A stretch of DNA of 33,403 nt from Anaerolineae bacterium (GTDB lineage Bacteria > Chloroflexota > Anaerolineae > B4-G1 > DUEL01), in the NCBI GenBank assembly GCA_041082215.1, contig JBDOIF010000142.1, positions 1 through 33,403 of the forward strand, read 5' to 3'. Positions 28,571 to 33,403 of the stretch are shown here, piece by piece. The notes beneath the pieces were generated by a model. That model was not told the origin of the DNA, did not search any database, and saw only the letters and a program-made list of their open reading frames with translations. Both the position numbers and the translations under genes were made by a program. Numbering within the stretch: position 1 is the first letter of the stretch; every line of letters starts with the position of its first letter.

Positions 28571-28629
28571 CGGGCTTCAGCCGCCTTTTACCAGCAACTC
28601 TCCCAGGGGGGACCACCGACCTCCAATTC

Positions 28630-28672
28630 AGGTATATTAACAGATAGTCGTATGGGTTAGGTGAACAACAGG
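28630..28672 (-). promoter_or_regulatory. Putative promoter of the glycan operon
   Basis: Minus-strand extended -10 TGtTAATAT (28634-28642) just past a terminator; plus-strand GGTTAGGTGAACAACAGG at 28655-28672. Confidence 0.5.
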
Positions 28673-28674
28673 TC

Positions 28675-28716
28675 AAAAAAGCACGAAAAGCCCCCTTTTC
28701 TTTAGGAAAAGGGGGC
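28675..28716 (-). terminator. Rho-independent terminator after the 28739-29443 regulator
   Basis: 11-bp stem GCCCCCTTTTC/GAAAAGGGGGC with 5-nt loop, followed on the minus strand by TTTTCGTGCTTTTTT. Confidence 0.85.
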
Positions 28717-28738
28717 CTGAAAACCGGTCAGGAGGAAA

Positions 28739-29443
28739 TTACAGGAGGTCCTCGGCGTCGAAGTAGTATCCTCCGCCCCGAACGGTGTGGAGATAACGGG
28801 GGGAGCTGGGATCAGGCTCGATCTTCTGGCGCAGCCGGTAGATGTACTGCTTCACCAGGTCAGGCTCGCCGATCCGCTCCGGCCCCCAAACCTGGGCGAG
28901 GATGGCGTCGGCGGTCAGCACCTTCCCGGCGTGGTGGATGAGCAGACGGAGCACCTCAAACTCCTTCGGGGTAAGGTAAACCGTGCGGTTGGCAACGACC
29001 AGCTCGTGACGCCCGCAGTCCAGCATCATCGAGGAGGACGGAAAGAGCACCTTGGACCCCGCGCCCGCCCGCTCGCCAGCCCGACGCAGACAGGCGGTCA
29101 GCCTGCTTAAAAGCTCCGAGCGGTCAAACGGTTTCACCACATAATCGTCTGCCCCTACCGAGAAGCCACGCACGATGTCCTCGATGGTCCCCTTGGCCGT
29201 CACAAAGATAATGGGCGCGTCGGTCATCTCCCGCAAACGGCGACAGGCTTCGAACCCATCTACATTGGGCATCATCACGTCCAGCAGGATCGCGTCGGGG
29301 TGGGACTGATAGGCCGCACGCAGGCCCGATAGCGCATCCTGCGCCAGAACGACATCGAACCCATCGGCGCTGAGCAGAATCTGCAACATTTGCAGGGTCT
29401 CTGGCTGGTCATCTACAACCAGTACGCGGAAACGACGATGCAT
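28739..29443 (-). CDS. OmpR/PhoB-family DNA-binding response regulator
   Basis: VVDDQ, LDVMMP, VTAK, ADDYVVKPF, LTPKEF..L, YIYRLRQKIE..YLHTVRGGGY; SD GGAGG. Confidence 0.95.
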   Translation of the reverse strand: MHRRFRVLVVDDQPETLQMLQILLSADGFDVVLAQDALSGLRAAYQSHPDAILLDVMMPNVDGFEACRRLREMTDAPIIFVTAKGTIEDIVRGFSVGADDYVVKPFDRSELLSRLTACLRRAGERAGAGSKVLFPSSSMMLDCGRHELVVANRTVYLTPKEFEVLRLLIHHAGKVLTADAILAQVWGPERIGEPDLVKQYIYRLRQKIEPDPSSPRYLHTVRGGGYYFDAEDLL

Positions 29444-29585
29444 CCCTCTCCTCCCTCAACCTTGTCTCGACCGGGAGACGGCACGCCATCGTCATCTAAC
29501 AGGGATAATGTAAAAATGAGGAACTGTTTACAAACCCCTAAAACGGAGGCGGCCGTTCCGCAACGACAGGCCCGTTTTGCTTCGC

Positions 29586-29616
29586 TTTGCATCAACACAG
29601 GTTGTCTATATACTAT
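29586..29616 (+). promoter_or_regulatory. Putative sigma70 promoter of fprA
   Basis: TTGCAT (29587-29592) N16 TATACT (29609-29614), or N18 TACTAT. Confidence 0.5.
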
Positions 29617-29638
29617 CATAAACGAAGGGCGGTGTCAA
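29610..29638 (-). promoter_or_regulatory. Near-consensus sigma70 promoter for the 28739-29443 regulator
   Basis: Minus strand TTGACA (29638-29633) N17 TAGTAT (29615-29610) with TGn extension. Confidence 0.75.
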
Positions 29639-29665
29639 TAACTGTAAGACGAAAGGAGCTTCAAG

Positions 29666-30859
29666 ATGCCTGCTGTGGAGATTCGACCGGGGATCTACTG
29701 GATCGGCGTCAACGATCGGACGACCGACCTGTTCGAGGGGCTCTGGCCCATCACCCAGGAGGGGGTTTCCTACAACGCCTACCTGGTGAACGGGGAACGA
29801 AAGGCGCTGGTTGACCTGGCAAAAGGGCTTAAGACCGACGAGTTTCTCGCTCAGATCGCCCAGGTGATTGAGCCGGAAGAGCTGGACTACATCGTCATCA
29901 ACCATATGGAGCCGGACCACACCGGTATCCTTCGTATGCTGCGACGCATCGCCCCCCGCGCCGTGATCCTGGGCACGAAGAAGACACAGGAGATGCTGGA
30001 AGCCTTCTATCAGGTCACCGAAAACGTGCGGGTCGTTGAAGACGGGGAGGAGGTCTTGCTGGGCAGCCATACCCTCCGGTTTCTTTCCACCCCCTTCGTC
30101 CACTGGCCGGAGACGATGATGACCTACGAGACGACCCAGCGGGTCCTCTTTTCCTGCGACGGTTTCGGAGGGTATGGCGCGCTGCAGGGGGCGATCTTCG
30201 ACGATCAGTGCGCCGATCCGGTCTTCTACGAGCAGGAGTCGCTCCGCTACTACGTCAACATCGTGGCCGTCTTCAGCCGGCCGGTGCTGAAGGCCATTGA
30301 CCGCCTGAAGGGACTGCCCATCGAGGTCATCGCTCCCTCCCACGGCCTGGTGTGGCGGAAGAACCCCGGACGGATCGTGGAGCTGTACCAGCAGTGGGCT
30401 GACTACGCTACCGGCGAAGGGGACCTGGGGGTGACGTTGCTGTACGGTTCGATGTATGGAAATACCGAGCAGATGATGAACGCAGTGGCCCAGGGGGTCT
30501 CCCGGGCTGGCGTGCCGGTGGAGATTTTCGACGTGGCCCGCACTCATGCCAGCTACATCCTGCCCTCTCTGTGGATCCGCCGGGGGGTGATCGTGGGGGC
30601 GCCGACGTACGAGGGAGGGCTCTTCCCACCTATGGCCCATTTGCTGGACGTGGCGGCCCGCAAGCGGGTCCTCAACCGCAAAGCGGCCTACTTCGGCAGC
30701 TACGGTTGGAGCGGCGGGGCGCGGCGGGAGTTCGAGCGGCTGGCCGAGTCCATGCGATGGGAGGTGCTGGACACCTTCGAGTTCCACGGCGGGCCTACGC
30801 TGGAGGACCTGAGGAAAGGGGAGGAGTTCGGCTTTCGTTTCGCCGAAGCGCTGCGGTAA
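29666..30859 (+). CDS. fprA: Flavodiiron protein (A-type flavoprotein; O2/NO reductase)
   Basis: YNAYL, NHMEPDH, HWPETM, SCDGFG, PSHG diiron ligands; flavodoxin domain YGSMYGNTE, GAPTY, FGSYGWSGGA; SD AAGGAG. Confidence 0.95.
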   Translation: MPAVEIRPGIYWIGVNDRTTDLFEGLWPITQEGVSYNAYLVNGERKALVDLAKGLKTDEFLAQIAQVIEPEELDYIVINHMEPDHTGILRMLRRIAPRAVILGTKKTQEMLEAFYQVTENVRVVEDGEEVLLGSHTLRFLSTPFVHWPETMMTYETTQRVLFSCDGFGGYGALQGAIFDDQCADPVFYEQESLRYYVNIVAVFSRPVLKAIDRLKGLPIEVIAPSHGLVWRKNPGRIVELYQQWADYATGEGDLGVTLLYGSMYGNTEQMMNAVAQGVSRAGVPVEIFDVARTHASYILPSLWIRRGVIVGAPTYEGGLFPPMAHLLDVAARKRVLNRKAAYFGSYGWSGGARREFERLAESMRWEVLDTFEFHGGPTLEDLRKGEEFGFRFAEALR

Positions 30860-30863
30860 GGCA

Positions 30864-30927
30864 GACGCGGGGACGTGGAGATACGGAGACGCAGTGTCCC
30901 CGCGTCCCCGCGTCCCTGTGTCTCCGT
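30864..30927. repeat. Palindromic array of 8-bp units between convergent genes
   Basis: GACGCGGG GACGTGGA GATACGGA GACGCAGT followed by inverted GTCCCCGC GTCCCCGC GTCCCTGT GTCTCCGT. Confidence 0.8.
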
Positions 30928-32108
30928 TACCGGGCCGGCACCACGACCAGCGGCACCGGCACGAAGGTGACGATGAAGACCAGCAGGAGGACAATGCCCA
31001 GCACTGCCCGCCCGCGCCCCACCTGGCTGGCGTCGTTGAGGGGCGGGGGATGGCGGGGGCCCAGGAAGAGGCCCAGCACTGCCCACAGGAGCCAGGTAAA
31101 GGCGGCCGGGTTGCCGGTCGCGGCCAGGTACAGCCCCAATGCCCCCAGCAGGCCGATGGACAGGTAGGCCAAAGTCCACGCCCGCCGGCCCAGAAGGGCG
31201 TAGGCCACATGCCCCCCATCGAGCTGGCCGATGGGCAGCAGGTTCAGCGCCGTCACCAGCAGCCCGGCCCAGGCCGCAAAAGCCACCGGTCCACCGGGGC
31301 TTTCGGGCAGCGAAAGCCACACGTCCTCCCCATTTTCGTCCGGCAGGATCCGCCCCTTGATTGCATATTTGGCTGCAAGGTAGAGGATGGAGTTGCCTTC
31401 CTGATAGACCGCTCCCTCCTGCTGGATGTTTATGAAGTCGGATGGGCGGCCGACCTGGGTGAAGAGAAGGCCCACGATGAGAAGTGGAACCGCCACGATC
31501 AGGCCGGCCAGCGGCCCGGCGATGCCGATGTCGAAGAGCGCTTTCCGGTCCCGCATCGGCGCCTGCTGGAAGATGACCGCCCCCATCGTGCCCAGGATGC
31601 TGAACGGCATCGGCACGAAGTAAGGCAGGCTCACCGGCGAGCCGTACCGCCGGGCGACGAAATAGTGGGCCAGCTCATGGGCCAGCAGGATGCTCAGCAA
31701 TGTCAGGGCGAAGGGGAGGCCGGAGAGGTACCACAGGGGGTTGGAGGGGTCGGCCCTGGGGGAAAGGCCCGCCAGCATGGTGGTGAAGATGGTGGCGGTG
31801 AAGAGCACCAGATTGACCCAGGGGCGCAGGGGACGACGTCGAACCACACCCTGGGCTGCCAGAACCCAGTGTTTTCCCCCCTGGGCCCTGGAGAGCATCG
31901 CCGTGTAGCCGAGGGCAGCGAACCGCTCGCTCAGCCGGTCGAATACGGCGTCGGGCGTGTCGTAGAGCTGGCCGAGGAAGGCGACCACCCGGTCCGGCCC
32001 CTGCCGAACCTCAACCCGCTCCACCGCCATCAGGTCTCGCAACTGGCCGCGCAGCCGCTCGATGATGGCCGTTTCCTGAAAGGGTCCAGCAGACGAGTTG
32101 ATGTCCAT
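30927..32108 (-). CDS. Site-2 protease family (M50) intramembrane metalloprotease
   Basis: HELAH, GTMGAVI, IGIAGPLAG, NLLPIGQLDGGH. Confidence 0.93.
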   Translation of the reverse strand: MDINSSAGPFQETAIIERLRGQLRDLMAVERVEVRQGPDRVVAFLGQLYDTPDAVFDRLSERFAALGYTAMLSRAQGGKHWVLAAQGVVRRRPLRPWVNLVLFTATIFTTMLAGLSPRADPSNPLWYLSGLPFALTLLSILLAHELAHYFVARRYGSPVSLPYFVPMPFSILGTMGAVIFQQAPMRDRKALFDIGIAGPLAGLIVAVPLLIVGLLFTQVGRPSDFINIQQEGAVYQEGNSILYLAAKYAIKGRILPDENGEDVWLSLPESPGGPVAFAAWAGLLVTALNLLPIGQLDGGHVAYALLGRRAWTLAYLSIGLLGALGLYLAATGNPAAFTWLLWAVLGLFLGPRHPPPLNDASQVGRGRAVLGIVLLLVFIVTFVPVPLVVVPAR

Positions 32109-32196
32109 GAAGTAACGTCCTCTCTACCAAAGGTTTGCCACGAAGATGCGGCGAACCCGCTGATCTTCTCTATGCCCTCCGCGTCTCTGTGATATT

Positions 32197-32973
32197 TTAC
32201 CCGCCGGTCAGCACCTGGTCCAGCCAGTCGGCCACGTATCCGGCGATCTCCTCCCAGCCTGGCTCGGCGATCACCCAGTGGGCGTGGCGGGGGAACTCCC
32301 GGTAGGTGGCGACGGCGCGGTATTTCCTGGCCACCTGTCGGACGACCGACGCCGGGGTGATCCGGTCCTCCGCCCCGGCGACGACCAGCACCGGGCAGGT
32401 GACCCTTTCTTCCTCCACCCCTGCTGCCCTCCTGCGGTCGAACATCCAGAAGCCGATCTCGGAGGCCGCCCGCCCCGATTCATAGACGAACCGTCCGTAG
32501 GTGGCCTTCTGCTCCTGAGGTGAGAGCAGATGGAGCATAGAATAGGTCGCCTCCCCAAAGGTCTGCCGCATCGGTTTTCGCCAGAAGCCCCACTTCGTCA
32601 TCACGCTCCAGAAGCTCCGGATCACCGATGGGGTCAGGGCCAGAATGCCCGCTGGAGAGGCGGGGGTGAGCAACACAAGCGCCTTTCCCAGCCCCCTGCT
32701 GCCCAGGATCTGGGCCAGAAGCCCTCCCATAGAGTGGCCCATCAGGACCGGCTGCCCTTCGAGCTGGCGCACCTCCCGCTCCAGATCGGCGGCGTAGTCC
32801 AGCAGGCTTGTGGTGCCCAACCGGGGGTCAGGGGGGTCTTCCGGCCTCACGTCGTGGTGGCGGAGCGTCGTCGTGATGCACCGATATCCCCTGGCCTCGA
32901 AGAAGCGGCGGTAGTTTTCCCAGTACCACGGCCCGCCCCACATGCCGTGGATCATGAAAAGGGTTTCGGCCAT
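32197..32973 (-). CDS. Alpha/beta hydrolase (esterase/lysophospholipase-like)
   Basis: IHGMWGG, GHSMGG nucleophile elbow, EDRIT (Asp), HAHW (His); SD GGAGG. Confidence 0.92.
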   Translation of the reverse strand: MAETLFMIHGMWGGPWYWENYRRFFEARGYRCITTTLRHHDVRPEDPPDPRLGTTSLLDYAADLEREVRQLEGQPVLMGHSMGGLLAQILGSRGLGKALVLLTPASPAGILALTPSVIRSFWSVMTKWGFWRKPMRQTFGEATYSMLHLLSPQEQKATYGRFVYESGRAASEIGFWMFDRRRAAGVEEERVTCPVLVVAGAEDRITPASVVRQVARKYRAVATYREFPRHAHWVIAEPGWEEIAGYVADWLDQVLTGG

Positions 32974-33030
32974 ATCTTCCTCCGTTCTTTGAGCGAAAAA
33001 TTGCCGCGGACGGACGGGGCAGGTTGCCGG

Positions 33031-33403
33031 TCACATGACATTGTTTTCCACCTGCGGGTATATCTGGTCAATCTGCGCCTGCACATCCATCGTGCGGGCG
33101 ATCGCTGTGGCGATGTGGATGTAGCGGATGGGGTCCTCCAGGCGGCGGCCTTTGCGGTCTTTCAGGTACTTCTCCAGCACCTGGTAGCCGCCAATCTGGT
33201 ACTCCCACATCTGGGGCGTGATCCCCTCAAAGTACTTGCCCGGGTTGATGTGGACGCGCCCCTGCGCGGCGTCGTAGCGGACATTCTGAACGGTGTCGTC
33301 GCCCGTGCCCTGGTAGCGGGCCAGCGGCGGGTGCAGGTCCGGGCCGCGCAGCAGGTGCAGGTCTATCAGTCGCCCGCCCAGCGCGGCCAGTTGACGGAAA
33401 AGG
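33031..33403 (-). CDS. C-terminal fragment (5' partial) of a type ISP-like restriction-modification / N6-adenine DNA methyltransferase (target-recognition domain)
   Basis: Manual translation: LFRQLAALGGRLIDLHLL..VHINPGKYFEGITPQMWEYQIGGYQVLEKYLKDRKGR..IDQIY..stop at 33031; not in the ORF track. Confidence 0.8.
   Translation of the reverse strand, partial: LFRQLAALGGRLIDLHLLRGPDLHPPLARYQGTGDDTVQNVRYDAAQGRVHINPGKYFEGITPQMWEYQIGGYQVLEKYLKDRKGRRLEDPIRYIHIATAIARTMDVQAQIDQIYPQVENNVM

Noticed and set aside
28560..28600. RfaH ops/JUMPstart element in the operon leader
   Set aside because: The closest match, GGCGGCTG, deviates from GGCGGTAG, and no RfaH/NusG paralogue is in the window.
27074..28660. 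528-aa plus-strand ORF
   Set aside because: Antisense shadow of the wzc-like and response regulator genes; no motifs; expected in high-GC DNA.
28404..28676. 90-aa minus ORF as a leader peptide
   Set aside because: Its AEDAENAE sequence is just the translation of the nonamer repeat, and it starts upstream of the putative promoter.
29540..29600. c-di-GMP-I riboswitch suggested by GCAAA motifs
   Set aside because: The GNRA-capped P2 stem and downstream receptor arrangement could not be matched.
29606..32192. 537-aa minus ORF (29606-31219) and 432-aa plus ORF (30894-32192)
   Set aside because: Shadows of fprA and the M50 protease with no recognisable family features.

Overview
GC-rich bacterial DNA, by inference from a Chloroflexota (Anaerolineae-like) genome. 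About 28.4 kb (1-28396, minus strand) is one tightly coupled cell-surface glycan locus with many ATGA/GTGA overlaps. In transcription order it encodes: an OmpR-family regulator; a Wzc-like co-polymerase with an unusual C-terminal helix-turn-helix; a Wzx flippase; three GT4 and two GT2 glycosyltransferases interspersed with a hexapeptide acyltransferase, an SGNH-like protein and a Wzy/O-antigen-ligase-family protein; three GT-C-type membrane proteins; WbpD/WbpE/WbpB-like diamino-sugar enzymes; a polyprenol-phosphate glycosyltransferase; an ArnE/F-like small flippase; a UDP-GlcNAc 2-epimerase; an FAD oxidoreductase; an ArnT-like GT-C; and a large secreted deacetylase-like Calx-beta protein that runs off the left edge and is missing from the ORF track. 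To the right lie a second orphan OmpR regulator, a divergent flavodiiron protein (fprA), an M50 site-2 protease, an alpha/beta hydrolase and the C-terminus of a type ISP-like restriction-modification/N6-methyltransferase protein. The most unusual signals are the Wzc-HTH fusion lacking a tyrosine cluster, an Arn-like lipid-linked sugar transfer system fed by a diamino-sugar pathway with four GT-C enzymes, and a shared 11-bp-period motif in two operon promoters. All calls are from manual motif reading; no searches were run.
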